The position numbers and the translations under genes were made by a program. A stretch of 59,764 nucleotides of DNA from a virus (lineage: Duplodnaviria > Caudoviricetes), in IMG/VR virus record IMGVR_UViG_3300017971_004765, positions 1-59,764 of that record. One strand, written 5' to 3'. This document shows positions 18,343-28,379 of the stretch, piece by piece. Positions within the stretch are counted from its first letter, which is position 1; every line of letters begins with the position of its first letter. The notes beneath the pieces were generated by a model that did no database searches, was not told the origin of the DNA, and saw nothing but the letters and a program-made list of their open reading frames with translations.

Positions 18343-19041
18343 TTAATATCTTAATGGATAATCTGTTCTGCTAACTCCGCCAAGAATTTCGTCTGCGGCG
18401 GATATAACCTGTCCTCCGATTTCGGTGAAGTTTGTATCGTCAGCTCTATAATGGTACGGCTCAAACATCCACATCTTTTTGCCGCCCTTGAACACGGTGT
18501 GGGCGCTTCTCTGTTTCCAGTCGTCGGTTCCAGATTGGTTAACCTTAAAACTCGTGCTTCTATCCCTGTCGTAATATGTATAGCTATGCGTCTCATACAA
18601 GCTGTGTGTGCCGTCTGTCATAGAGTACGTGCCAAGTATATCCAGGTGCCACTTGTATATCCCTCCTGGTGCAGCCGCAGGGAAGCTTACCCCAGCGTAG
18701 AAGTATTGCTTCGCGTTAGTAGCTGAACCAAAAGCACCCTTTACTGGATAAACCGTAGCAGACCAGTCCTTCGGAATAGTAGAATCAGGGCCAGAGTTAG
18801 CAACATTTGCAACAATACCCATATCATCGTAGAATGTCTTATCATCCCTCAAAGATATCTCAACGCTGTAGAGAGTAGAAGATGTTGCCTGGGTTTGGGA
18901 AACTCCGAATGCAAAACTTATGGTGTCCCATTTACCAAAATCCGGGGAACCAGCATAACTGATAGTATAAGCAGAACCAAATGGCTCTGCGCCCGTACCA
19001 TAAGTCCATATTATATCTGCTGTTGATCTACCATCTCCCAT
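18343..19041 (-). CDS. Putative virion protein
   Basis: Beta-rich ORF in the structural operon. Confidence 0.45.
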   Translation of the reverse strand: MGDGRSTADIIWTYGTGAEPFGSAYTISYAGSPDFGKWDTISFAFGVSQTQATSSTLYSVEISLRDDKTFYDDMGIVANVANSGPDSTIPKDWSATVYPVKGAFGSATNAKQYFYAGVSFPAAAPGGIYKWHLDILGTYSMTDGTHSLYETHSYTYYDRDRSTSFKVNQSGTDDWKQRSAHTVFKGGKKMWMFEPYHYRADDTNFTEIGGQVISAADEILGGVSRTDYPLRY

Positions 19042-19042
19042 A

Positions 19043-19324
19043 TTACCACTCCGCTATGTAGTGAACCCTGGGTGAGCCACCAACAACACTCTGTGATGTA
19101 AAGCTAGTTGTTTGCATATGCAAATCAATGGTCACGCTGGAAATCGTCGGCAACTTAAACTGGGTCGTACCTATAGTGACATAAGCGCCGGGTCCATCAG
19201 ACCAGAATGTTAAGCGCTTAGAAGTATAGCCAAAGTTAACTGCGGCTCCCGCTGCGGCGCTGCCAGCAGTCATATTCTGGATTACATCTACTTCACCTAC
19301 GCCCCATTTTCTATATGCTGTCAC
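19043..19324 (-). CDS. Putative virion protein
   Basis: ORF with SD AGGAGG. Confidence 0.45.
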   Translation of the reverse strand: MTAYRKWGVGEVDVIQNMTAGSAAAGAAVNFGYTSKRLTFWSDGPGAYVTIGTTQFKLPTISSVTIDLHMQTTSFTSQSVVGGSPRVHYIAEW

Positions 19325-19346
19325 ACTTAATATCCTCCTATTTTTC

Positions 19347-20558
19347 TTATGTTAACGAAGGTGTATCGAGGTCGTACCTGTCAAGCACCTCTTTGATTAA
19401 TTCAACAAACTGTTGAGCAGTGTTTCTAATATCCCAATGCTCTATAGCTCTTTTACGAGCCGTGGCTCTTATAGCTTTCGGATTGTCTTTCATTTCGTCC
19501 CACAGCTTGCAGAAACACTCACCTATGCTGACGGGATCAAAAAGATCTGCCCTATAGAAGAATGGTTCAGCGTCCCAGTCCTTTCTAGTCCTGAAGTTTA
19601 TAGCTGGTGTGCCACAAGCCATAGCTTCGCGCCCGGTCCTCGAGGATTCTCCAGTCAACACGGGGTTAAAGAATATGTCGAATGCCCTATAGAAGTGCTC
19701 TGGATATGTAACCCTAGCCATACAGGAATTTGCAGGGGTAAACCTGTGATCTATTCCCAGGTGCGAGGCAAGCCTATTCATAAGGTATGGGTCGCTCTCT
19801 GCACCAGCCACGCACATACCGATATTAGGCAGATAACTCTCGGCATACTTTATAGCATGCAAAAATGTGTCTGGGAGCTTGAAGTTTCTCCACTGCTCTA
19901 GGTAACCCACTACGGGCTCCCCAGTCATATCCTTTATTCTGGAGCCCCTTGGTCGCCACCTAGTCAAATCCACTCCGAAAGGAATGTACCTAACGTCGCC
20001 AAAACCCAACTGTTTCAAGAACCATTCTTGCCTCTTGTGGAATGCAACCGTAATATCGGCTTCCTTTGTTCTCTGGACAGTGCCAGTGAAAGGCGCGCCC
20101 ATTTGTGCGCCCTCGTATAACTCCGTAGTAAGGCAATACTCTGGATATGAACCGTGAGCCGCAAAAATTATGGGTTTCAGCTTTTCGGTCATTTGGTCGC
20201 CCTTCCAGTGCATAATGTGTATATCAGCTTCCTTTATTGCCCAATCATAATTAGCCATACACAGGAAGCGCCCATTAGAGCTATATATGTCACTTGGGAA
20301 CTTTGGTATTGGTCTAGGAATTCCGCCCTTACCTCCGCACCTACCGCAAGGATCCACGCCGTTTTTGCCAGATCCACCGCATTCGGGGCAAGGTATAGGA
20401 GAATCGTTGTGGAATTTCTCTACCTGGAGCATATCTAGAACGGGGTAATTTTCTCCGCCGTTCCTGGCAGATGGATGAAGCATTTGAGCCTCTATACCCA
20501 TAGCTCGCTCTGCCATTATCAGTTCCTTTACCGTCTCATACATCCCGCTTGGCGCCAT
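19347..20558 (-). CDS. GT4-like glycosyltransferase with inserted DnaJ-type zinc finger
   Basis: IPFGVDL, ESSRTGREAMACGTP; CPECGGSG...CGRCGGKG. The frame is open upstream with LKVLWV, so the start may be near 20620. Confidence 0.8.
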   Translation of the reverse strand: MAPSGMYETVKELIMAERAMGIEAQMLHPSARNGGENYPVLDMLQVEKFHNDSPIPCPECGGSGKNGVDPCGRCGGKGGIPRPIPKFPSDIYSSNGRFLCMANYDWAIKEADIHIMHWKGDQMTEKLKPIIFAAHGSYPEYCLTTELYEGAQMGAPFTGTVQRTKEADITVAFHKRQEWFLKQLGFGDVRYIPFGVDLTRWRPRGSRIKDMTGEPVVGYLEQWRNFKLPDTFLHAIKYAESYLPNIGMCVAGAESDPYLMNRLASHLGIDHRFTPANSCMARVTYPEHFYRAFDIFFNPVLTGESSRTGREAMACGTPAINFRTRKDWDAEPFFYRADLFDPVSIGECFCKLWDEMKDNPKAIRATARKRAIEHWDIRNTAQQFVELIKEVLDRYDLDTPSLT

Positions 20559-20729
20559 CGTAGGAGTTCGTGGGAATAACGACTCCCCATTGGGAACCCA
20601 AAGAACCTTTAAACCTATCGACAGGTTCGCCCAGGATAATAGACGTTGTGGTGTGCTACTTTAATAGTTTCCAATCAAACACCGATAACCCCTTGGCGAT
20701 TTGCACTTAAAAAGTGCACTAATAGGATT

Positions 20730-21119
20730 TTAGGTTGCTTCAAATCTGAAATACGAGGCGTTGCCTAAAACCTTTAGGGATGCGTGCGCAAGCCTCTCGT
20801 ATTGATCTGCGAGAGCCAGTAGCTGTTGACCGCCAGTGCTCTTAACCGTAGTCCATGCGCCTATTCTGTAGTCTGCCCCAGCGTAATATTTGCCAGCCGC
20901 CATATGTCGCAATACGTAGGCGGTAGTCAAATCTGTGCATGCGACCTCTACGAGGTCGGAATCCATAGAAGAAAAAGATTGCCTCTGCGTGTAGCGCTCT
21001 ATGTACGCAGAGGCGTGTGTAATGTAACGCTCAATCGTGGTGTCGTCAATATCGTGGTCTATGTTGGCGCTACCTAGCCTTTCCTTTACCTTTGTTACAG
21101 ACGTACGTGCGGTCGTCAA
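20730..21119 (-). CDS. Head-tail adaptor (gp6/gp15-like)
   Basis: Follows the MCP; VKERLG...DDTTIERYITHASAYIERYT. Confidence 0.75.
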   Translation of the reverse strand: MTTARTSVTKVKERLGSANIDHDIDDTTIERYITHASAYIERYTQRQSFSSMDSDLVEVACTDLTTAYVLRHMAAGKYYAGADYRIGAWTTVKSTGGQQLLALADQYERLAHASLKVLGNASYFRFEAT

Positions 21120-21162
21120 TCTAACCCTTTGCTATAAGGATCACTTTAATATTAAAGCGACT

Positions 21163-22086
21163 CTACAGAGAGGTTATCGCAACTATTGCCGACTCCTGGA
21201 TTACTGCAACGTCGAAACGCGAAGTAACCACAAGACCCTGCTGGTCAGTCACCGGATCCGAAACGGACTCGAGTGTCCAATCCCTCTTAAGCGTAAGAGC
21301 CCCACACTTCTGCCTCTCCAGGACCATAGCGCGGGACTTGCCCGCGTCACTGTCCTCGAGCAGGGCCGTCATAGTGACGGGGATCCCGAAGATGGGCGGC
21401 ATATTGCCAGTATTGAACATTCGCTCCTTCCAGGAAGCAGATGTGGTATCAGCAGTGGCTGCAGCAACAGCCCAGTTGAACTGCATCATATTCTCCCAGA
21501 AGTCTGGGCTAACAATGATGTCAGTTGCCCTGTGCCCGTACTGATGAAGCCTCTTGATTGCGTTCCTGATCTCGGATATTGACAAGGTGTCAGCTGCAGT
21601 TGACGTAAACGTATTAGTCGTCGCGCCATCGAATAGGGTGTCAAGGATCTTCTTGTCCTCGAACTCCTTGGCTGCACGCATAACCTCGGCAGTATTCCTA
21701 GCAATCACGTTCCAAGCGGCATCCTCAATAAGCTCCTTGGTCACGAGCGGTCTCTTACCATACTTCTTAGGTATGGATTCGACATACTCGATCTCCTGGT
21801 GCGTCTGAGGCACAGCGCCACCCTCAGGGATCTCAACCGGATCGTAGATCGACAGCTTCCTCGGGACATCGGTGGAATACTTGTCCTTCAGGTAAATAAC
21901 GGAGCGCCCTGGTTTCCCAAGGATATCCGTGTTAACCCTGACAAGACTCCTGCCAATGATCGGGTAAGCTGGCGAAGCGTCGATACCAGAGAGAACCTCA
22001 GGGATGAGCCTGTTCAGCGAGTCAGTATCCCTAGTTGCCAAGAGTTCCGAAAATTGTCTTTCTAGTTCTACCATTTCCATCTTCAA
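21163..22086 (-). CDS. Major capsid protein (HK97 fold)
   Basis: LIPEV...EIPEGGAVP...KKYG...VTKELIED...FEDKKIL...IFGIPV. Confidence 0.9.
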   Translation of the reverse strand: MKMEMVELERQFSELLATRDTDSLNRLIPEVLSGIDASPAYPIIGRSLVRVNTDILGKPGRSVIYLKDKYSTDVPRKLSIYDPVEIPEGGAVPQTHQEIEYVESIPKKYGKRPLVTKELIEDAAWNVIARNTAEVMRAAKEFEDKKILDTLFDGATTNTFTSTAADTLSISEIRNAIKRLHQYGHRATDIIVSPDFWENMMQFNWAVAAATADTTSASWKERMFNTGNMPPIFGIPVTMTALLEDSDAGKSRAMVLERQKCGALTLKRDWTLESVSDPVTDQQGLVVTSRFDVAVIQESAIVAITSL

Positions 22087-22091
22087 ACACC

Positions 22092-22616
22092 TCAGAGCAT
22101 CAGCTTCATCAGGAACTCGTCGCCAGACGCGGCAGACTGATAAGCCTTACCGACAATCTGGTCAATGTAGGACAGTCCACCAGTCCCCTCTCGGAGATCA
22201 GGTGCAGACTTGGGGTCGCCATCGCTCGCAGGCACAAGCAGCTTACCTGCCTGGACGGTGTTAGACTCCATCCCCGTGGGGGAGAAGAGAGTAACCTTGA
22301 CCACTCCAGAGTTGTAAACAGCTACCTTGTCTCCGACTTGCGCCGGATGCGCGGTAACTCCAACAACCTTTCGCGGCTCTGCGAACGCTGCTCCAGAAAC
22401 AGCCAGCCTAACGGTAGGCGTGTATCCGTACTCAGAGTCCTTCATACCATCGGCGTAGACGAGCTTGTATGCATCAATACCTGATGCCCTCACTCCGTCG
22501 ATGGTGACGTTTCCTGTTTCGCTATCTGAAATGAGGAAGAACGGCACGGGAACACAATTCTCGACAACTAGACCTTCTGCGTCTCCCCACAAATCGGTGC
22601 TAGTTATAAAAGCCAT
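22092..22616 (-). CDS. Capsid decoration/cement protein
   Basis: VVGVTAHPAQVGDKVAV...IVGKAYQSAASGD; directly upstream of the MCP. Confidence 0.65.
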   Translation of the reverse strand: MAFITSTDLWGDAEGLVVENCVPVPFFLISDSETGNVTIDGVRASGIDAYKLVYADGMKDSEYGYTPTVRLAVSGAAFAEPRKVVGVTAHPAQVGDKVAVYNSGVVKVTLFSPTGMESNTVQAGKLLVPASDGDPKSAPDLREGTGGLSYIDQIVGKAYQSAASGDEFLMKLML

Positions 22617-22627
22617 TTGTTCTCACC

Positions 22628-24121
22628 TCAAAATTCTATATACGACTCTGCACGAGTTGGTCTACTCCACAGAGTTCTAATTATTTCTCCGAGGGCAAAG
22701 TCGGCGCCCTTCATCTTGGTAGCGGCCTTAATCAAGTCCTTATCGGACATTTGATTAATGGTCTTATTGCTATCAGATTCCTGGACGACTCCCTGTCCCT
22801 CGACAGAAGTATTTTCACGATTTCGAATAAGGAAGTTCAGCAAAACATCCAAACCATGCCTATCGACAGAGACAAGGTTATCCTTATCAGCACTAGGATC
22901 AATGTCTAGGATTTTCTTGATTATGTCACTGTTATCAATGGTGTTCTCTGGCTCATCCCTTGCCGCTTCCTCAACCTTTGCAGGCTCAGGTTCTGGCTTA
23001 GGCTCGGGCTTCTCTGCCCTCATCTCTATGAGCTTGTCGATCATTTCTTTCTGCTCGCTTATCATAGACTTCAGCTTCTCTATTTCGCCGTCATTGGTGT
23101 TCTTGACATCCTCGTTGACAATCTCTTCAGAAGTTTCAACAACCTCATTCTCCTTGTTATCCTCAGTCTCTATGACCTCGGGCTCAGAAGTATCGGCTGC
23201 CTCGACCTTATTCTCGTCCTTGGGCTGATCTTCAGCCATGCTAATCACTTCTTTATTATCTTCTCCTTCAGTTTTTTCCATTTCAGTAGGCTCCTTAGGA
23301 ACCTCTGTTTTGTTCTCTTTCATCTCGTCATCTCCAAATTTTACGGATGGCATATTGTCAGAAATATCTGGTATTTCAACTTTCGTCAAAACTATGTTTC
23401 CATCCGTATTCGTTGAAGTATAAATATCAAATTGTCCTTTGCCGTTATCTATCCTTACAAAAGGAATAGTAAACGTTGTATTATCTAATGGATCTTCCAC
23501 TTTTATAGCTTTCTGCTCGCCATCTATTATCTTGGCATCTTCCCAGCACTCGTCACACTCCAGGTTGTTAAGAACGTTTGTTGAGTTGGCATCTTTACAA
23601 GCTGGACTGGTAACCCAGGCTAGGTGTTCGAATTCTAGATTCTTAGCCAATATCTTTGTTTCCATTTCTCCATCTTCAGAATTTTCCTTTGGTACATCTA
23701 TCCTATGAAGGTCTGCCCAGACGCCAACTGATACTGGACCCCACAAGTCCTTCTTGACCCTCTCAACTGCCTTCTCGAGCCTGACCTCTGCCTCGAATAT
23801 AATGCCTGACTTTACTGGTCCAGCATTCTCACCTACCAGAATTGTATCTGAATAGGTAAAATTATTTACTTTCCCAACAATGTCCCAGACATCTCTCGAG
23901 TGATTAGCTCTCAGTTGAAGCGTCTTGCAGACATTCCCCGGACACAGGGATTCTACACCCTTTTTTAATTCTTCCTTAGAAAATTCTACACCGTTCCAAG
24001 TTCCTTCGGTTATAGCTATTCCTCTTACCTTGAGAGCATCTTCTCCTGCATACTTGGACTCTTCCAATTCAATATTTGGGCTCTCTAGATACATTTGTAT
24101 ATGTTCTTTTACTCTCTCCAT
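22628..24121 (-). CDS. Prohead protease with acidic scaffold region
   Basis: VRGIAITEGTWNG...ANH...VGKV...VSVG...FEHLAWVTSPA. Confidence 0.8.
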   Translation of the reverse strand: MERVKEHIQMYLESPNIELEESKYAGEDALKVRGIAITEGTWNGVEFSKEELKKGVESLCPGNVCKTLQLRANHSRDVWDIVGKVNNFTYSDTILVGENAGPVKSGIIFEAEVRLEKAVERVKKDLWGPVSVGVWADLHRIDVPKENSEDGEMETKILAKNLEFEHLAWVTSPACKDANSTNVLNNLECDECWEDAKIIDGEQKAIKVEDPLDNTTFTIPFVRIDNGKGQFDIYTSTNTDGNIVLTKVEIPDISDNMPSVKFGDDEMKENKTEVPKEPTEMEKTEGEDNKEVISMAEDQPKDENKVEAADTSEPEVIETEDNKENEVVETSEEIVNEDVKNTNDGEIEKLKSMISEQKEMIDKLIEMRAEKPEPKPEPEPAKVEEAARDEPENTIDNSDIIKKILDIDPSADKDNLVSVDRHGLDVLLNFLIRNRENTSVEGQGVVQESDSNKTINQMSDKDLIKAATKMKGADFALGEIIRTLWSRPTRAESYIEF

Positions 24122-24388
24122 TCAAGACCTCCTTGCGTCTTCTGGATCTTCTGCTATGAATTCATCATTTTGAGTATTCTTATTCCAATTACCAGTTCCA
24201 GGATAATATTCTGGCTGCCCTATTGCGCCAACCGGAGGCAACTTTGTTGACTCAGCCACTTCTCGGGCGTGCGCCAAACTAGAATATCCTATGAAATACC
24301 CGTCAACAAGTTTTCTGCCCCCCTTGTAAACGGTTATCTTCCTGTTCTTCTGGTATCTTGGTGCAACCATTAAAATTGTACGCTCCAT
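24122..24388 (-). CDS. Hypothetical protein
   Basis: Coupled ORF. Confidence 0.45.
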   Translation of the reverse strand: MERTILMVAPRYQKNRKITVYKGGRKLVDGYFIGYSSLAHAREVAESTKLPPVGAIGQPEYYPGTGNWNKNTQNDEFIAEDPEDARRS

Positions 24389-24624
24389 CCAAGCTTAGTT
24401 ATTCTAATGCTGTCTTTTATTCTTTCAAGGTCTTCATTATTCCCTTGACTTTTAATCTTACCGTTGGCTCGTTCAAAAGCGCGCCCTTCACACTTCTTTT
24501 TTGTGGCGCCGCTCTCCTTCATACAGGAATTATATACAGAATTCCATATTGCTGCCCACTGAGCAGCTTTAGATTTTGGGACGTAACTCGGTACGTTTGA
24601 AGGTGTATATGGCATATTATTCAA
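24370..24624 (-). CDS. ChaB-like protein
   Basis: MPYTPSNVPSYVPKSKAAQWAAIWNSVY...EGRAFERA. Confidence 0.6.
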   Translation of the reverse strand: MNNMPYTPSNVPSYVPKSKAAQWAAIWNSVYNSCMKESGATKKKCEGRAFERANGKIKSQGNNEDLERIKDSIRITKLGWSVQF

Positions 24625-25288
24625 CCGCCTTTATAGTGCACGAACAATTAGGGTGATGGGGCAAAGGTGGCAAAGAATCTATGCTTGTTACTCTACCATT
24701 AAGTTTGCTGCAAGTTGAACAAGAATCTGGTAGAGATACCCAAGCCACCTTGCTTATTCCTCTATATTTATATTCGTTTATCCTGCCTTCGTTAGCCGCC
24801 CTCATAACTTCGGTTGCGGCTAGCCGATCAACCTTTGGACCCATATTTACTAAGTCGCGCTTAATATTTTGTATCATAGTTGATAGAGGCTGCCTCTCCA
24901 TAGCTCTGAGCCTCATAATTATCCTAAGCTCATTGGATAGTTTCATTATCTCTTCACCAGTGAATTCTCTAAGCTTATTCACGGCGTTCATATCTTCTGC
25001 TCTGAAACCCAATTCTGGGGGTGGCTGAGGTTTTGGTAATGTTTCTTCTGCTTGTGCCTTGCCAGATACATACGCGTCTACTATTGACTGTGTGACTTTG
25101 TTTATGCTCTCGGTATCTACAGACATCCCCCAGGATTCTGTCGCTCTGCGCCCCATATCTTCTGATAGTTCATATGCGGCAATAACCCTGTCGGTATACG
25201 TTCGTATGGCTTTTTTTACTGCGCCGCTATAGATATTATCTAGAGAATGAACCTCGTTTATCCATTCACTCTCTTCCAAAGTTATCAT
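24617..25288 (-). CDS. Minor head protein, Mu gpF/SPP1 gp7 family
   Basis: RLAATEVMRAANEG...CSTCSKLNG...LPHHPNCSC. Confidence 0.85.
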   Translation of the reverse strand: MITLEESEWINEVHSLDNIYSGAVKKAIRTYTDRVIAAYELSEDMGRRATESWGMSVDTESINKVTQSIVDAYVSGKAQAEETLPKPQPPPELGFRAEDMNAVNKLREFTGEEIMKLSNELRIIMRLRAMERQPLSTMIQNIKRDLVNMGPKVDRLAATEVMRAANEGRINEYKYRGISKVAWVSLPDSCSTCSKLNGRVTSIDSLPPLPHHPNCSCTIKAVE

Positions 25289-26738
25289 ACTCCGTATCTA
25301 TATCGAACTCGCTTCCCCTATCTGTAGCGGGGCGCTCCTTGGCTCTTTCCCCATCATCTTTCTTTCCCTTGTTGTCGTCGTCTTCTGGCTCTTCTTCTTC
25401 ATCGTCATCGCTCGGTGGGGGTCTTGCTGGTCCACCAGGGGTTCCTTCTGGACCCTGAACTGGAGGCTTTATGAATCCTTCTTTTTCTTTCTCTGGTATG
25501 GTTTGCTTGTCAACAGCCTCTGCCCATGTGCCTTGCAATCCTGGAGTCATATTCCTTATCTCGTCCCTGGTAGCCCAGCCAGTGCTCCTGTCTGATCCAA
25601 GCATTCTCTGGTACCTGAGGATCATTGCGTCCTCGTCTTCCTGTGCTATTGGGTTAAATACTATTTCTGGTACTTCCCCCATACCATATCTATGTAGGAT
25701 GGTTTTTATTGATTCCGCCATTATGCGTTGCAGTGACCTGCAATAACGCTCGAAGCTATCCATCATAACATTTGCTGAGCTTCGGTTAGAGTCCCCAGGC
25801 TTGCCCATCAATACTGGCGGGACCATCAAGGCAGCATAGACTTGCCTCTCAAAGTAGTCCAAATACGGGGAAACATTGAATGCGGCTCGAGATGATTCTA
25901 GTTGCTTGAAGTTTATCAGCGATGGAACTGCCCATAGCCTATTCTTGTCTATGTCTATCTTTCCCAGGGCATCCTTCATATCTTTTAGCGCTTTAGGTGA
26001 TGGCATAATATCCGGGCTGCCCATCTCAGCAATTATTATTGGGGCAGCAAATTTCTCAGTTATAGTGAGCATTAGTTTCTCCAGGCTCCATAGGCAATCT
26101 ATGGCGTATTTTGCAGCTGCTAGAATAGAAACCCCTTTTACGTCTGAAGAATAAGGATTGTAAGTGTGAACTATCTTTTCATACTTGAATTGTATTGGTT
26201 CTCTTCCATCGCCAACTACCTGGGAATAAGCATTTTCGTCTGGTATAACTCCGTGCTCATCTCTATTAACCTTGATCTGGCTCGTAGGCAGTATCATTAG
26301 AGCCATCTTATCGTCTTTCTTTCGTATCTCTGTGAACGTGTCGCCAGTTATGAGCATAACTTTTATGGCCCTGTTAACCCATTCGTCCATCTTAGTTTTT
26401 TCTCTAATTTTTTCTGCCTTCTTTATCAATTCCTCATCGTCTGAAATAAACTCGAAACCCACGCCTATAGTGTAATATGTAGTTAAGTCGATAGCTGATC
26501 TAACCCTGGCGTCTTTTCTGTATATATTTTCATATTCCTTTGTATCTACATCAGGGCGCTTTATGAGGAAACCGTATTTATCTTCCTTTAAACCAGATGC
26601 TCCAACTACCCCTATAGCATCCGCTAATGTTATTAAACTTTCGATAGAATTCTTTGATATATTATATGCGATGCGGGCTGGCAGTACAGATACGCCCGCC
26701 TTGAAAGCGCGGTTAAAGACGCTGGCTCTAGAAGGCAC
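25266..26738 (-). CDS. Portal protein
   Basis: 490 aa; KGVSILAAA...LMVPPVLMG...NRSSA...TRDEIR. Confidence 0.88.
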   Translation of the reverse strand: MPSRASVFNRAFKAGVSVLPARIAYNISKNSIESLITLADAIGVVGASGLKEDKYGFLIKRPDVDTKEYENIYRKDARVRSAIDLTTYYTIGVGFEFISDDEELIKKAEKIREKTKMDEWVNRAIKVMLITGDTFTEIRKKDDKMALMILPTSQIKVNRDEHGVIPDENAYSQVVGDGREPIQFKYEKIVHTYNPYSSDVKGVSILAAAKYAIDCLWSLEKLMLTITEKFAAPIIIAEMGSPDIMPSPKALKDMKDALGKIDIDKNRLWAVPSLINFKQLESSRAAFNVSPYLDYFERQVYAALMVPPVLMGKPGDSNRSSANVMMDSFERYCRSLQRIMAESIKTILHRYGMGEVPEIVFNPIAQEDEDAMILRYQRMLGSDRSTGWATRDEIRNMTPGLQGTWAEAVDKQTIPEKEKEGFIKPPVQGPEGTPGGPARPPPSDDDEEEEPEDDDNKGKKDDGERAKERPATDRGSEFDIDTEYDNFGRE

Positions 26739-26756
26739 GATTCTATTAATGTCGTC

Positions 26757-26770
26757 CGTGACTTAAATAA
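26757..26770 (-). promoter_or_regulatory. Putative late promoter (TTTAAGTCACG)
   Basis: The same 11-mer occurs at 46554-46564, upstream of the terminase operon. Confidence 0.5.
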
Positions 26771-26855
26771 CTTGGCACTATATTAGTAAAATTGTGGTAC
26801 AAAAGAAGCTCCAATATTATATTATACATACAAATAACAATATTATGTTTTGTAA

Positions 26856-27002
26856 TCACGGCTTTGGTCTGTATTTTCTACTGGGCTTACCAAGGAACTC
26901 CTTTATAGCGTGACATACCCACGCATTCCTGCTCCTGTCAGGGTAAGAACTACAGAAATCTATAAGATCATCTTTCAATTCGCTTGGTATCCAGATACTC
27001 AT
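26856..27002 (-). CDS. Ribbon-helix-helix DNA-binding protein
   Basis: MSIWIPSELKDDL...SRNAWVCHAIKEFL. Confidence 0.65.
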   Translation of the reverse strand: MSIWIPSELKDDLIDFCSSYPDRSRNAWVCHAIKEFLGKPSRKYRPKP

Positions 27003-27787
27003 CACTTCGCTTTCGCTTCTGTCCAAGCTTTCATTATTCCTCGAATCATACTCGGGACGCCAATCCTCATCATACGTGCCGCTGGAATCTCTATCGGGAG
27101 GTTGTGCGCCAAGCACACCTTCGCGTGATAATACGCCTCTTTCTCCCGATTGTTCGATATGTTCCCTGTGTGCCGCCGATTGAGTGTGAGCATCTCTTTC
27201 AAATGACCGAATGTAAATCCCTCCTTATAACACCTGATATGATAATCCCAATCTTCAACGTTTAAGAATTCTTCGTTCCATGCCAGCCTATTTATAACTT
27301 TCATATCCCAGAGAATGCTAGAACCATTTATAAAATTAACATTGCAAAGCAAGTTAAAATCAAAGTCTTGAGAAGGAGAAGCAAAAGCTTGATTATCATC
27401 AGTTATCATAACTGTGTCCGTGTAACATATATCAACTGGGTTGTTCTTAATGTATTCTAGTTGCATCTTTATCTTGTCTGGTCTCCATTCGTCGTCTCCA
27501 GCAATCCAAGCAACATATTTACATTTGGATCTCAAGTTATTTAATATATGGTTGCGAATAACGTTATCAGTTGCAGGCAAACCCATATTTTTCTTATTTT
27601 CTATTAGGGTTATTTTAGGGTTTTTACCATATTTGTTTCGAAGGTTTTTGGTAAACTCTTTTTCAGAACCATCGTTACACATAACTATCTCTACGTTTTC
27701 TCCTTGTGCCAGAACACTTTTTACAGCTAAATCTATCATACCTGGGTTGCCATTGTATATTGGCATCATAGTAACAATTCTATCCAT
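27002..27787 (-). CDS. GT2 glycosyltransferase
   Basis: MPIYNG...NDGS...IAGDDEW...EDWDY. Confidence 0.9.
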   Translation of the reverse strand: MDRIVTMMPIYNGNPGMIDLAVKSVLAQGENVEIVMCNDGSEKEFTKNLRNKYGKNPKITLIENKKNMGLPATDNVIRNHILNNLRSKCKYVAWIAGDDEWRPDKIKMQLEYIKNNPVDICYTDTVMITDDNQAFASPSQDFDFNLLCNVNFINGSSILWDMKVINRLAWNEEFLNVEDWDYHIRCYKEGFTFGHLKEMLTLNRRHTGNISNNREKEAYYHAKVCLAHNLPIEIPAARMMRIGVPSMIRGIMKAWTEAKAK

Positions 27788-28379
27788 TGTTTTTTCCCTC
27801 CATAAGTATCCATCTGTTATTTATCTCGTTATCCAGAGTTATATCGAAGTTCTCAATCTTACTAAAAGATGTTCTCAAGACACTTCCAAGTTCATAAGGA
27901 GTCATCTTATTTTTGCTGTTAACATAATCAGGGTGCTCTCTGTTCGGTGTCATAATGAAAAAGGATCCATCGTTTTTCATAACTCTATGAACCTCTGAAA
28001 CAAAGCCAATCTTATCGGTTACGAATTCTATTATTGCAATAGCCATAACTCTATCAAATATGTTGCTGCTGAAAGGTAAGCGGCAACAATCTGCCTTGAT
28101 AAATGGTATATTGGGTATTTCTTTTGCAGCGCAGGCTAACTTTGATTCATCTATGTCTATACCAACTGAATCTATATTAGAAGGCAAAAAAGATTCTAGT
28201 ACACCAACTCCGCAACCAATGCTTAGAAAGTACCCAGGCGGCAAGTTAGCTATTAGCGCTGGTAGAGCCATCCTGGGATCATTAAAGTCTCCCCAGAAAT
28301 AGTCTGGATACCTGGACCAATAGCTAAGAACTTTCCACATATATTTCTTTCGCATCTTCCTTGTCAAGTTAATTAACAA
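27780..28379 (-). CDS. Class I SAM-dependent methyltransferase
   Basis: LSIGCGVG...GIDID...ADCCRLPF...EVHRVMK. Confidence 0.85.
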   Translation of the reverse strand: MLINLTRKMRKKYMWKVLSYWSRYPDYFWGDFNDPRMALPALIANLPPGYFLSIGCGVGVLESFLPSNIDSVGIDIDESKLACAAKEIPNIPFIKADCCRLPFSSNIFDRVMAIAIIEFVTDKIGFVSEVHRVMKNDGSFFIMTPNREHPDYVNSKNKMTPYELGSVLRTSFSKIENFDITLDNEINNRWILMEGKNNG

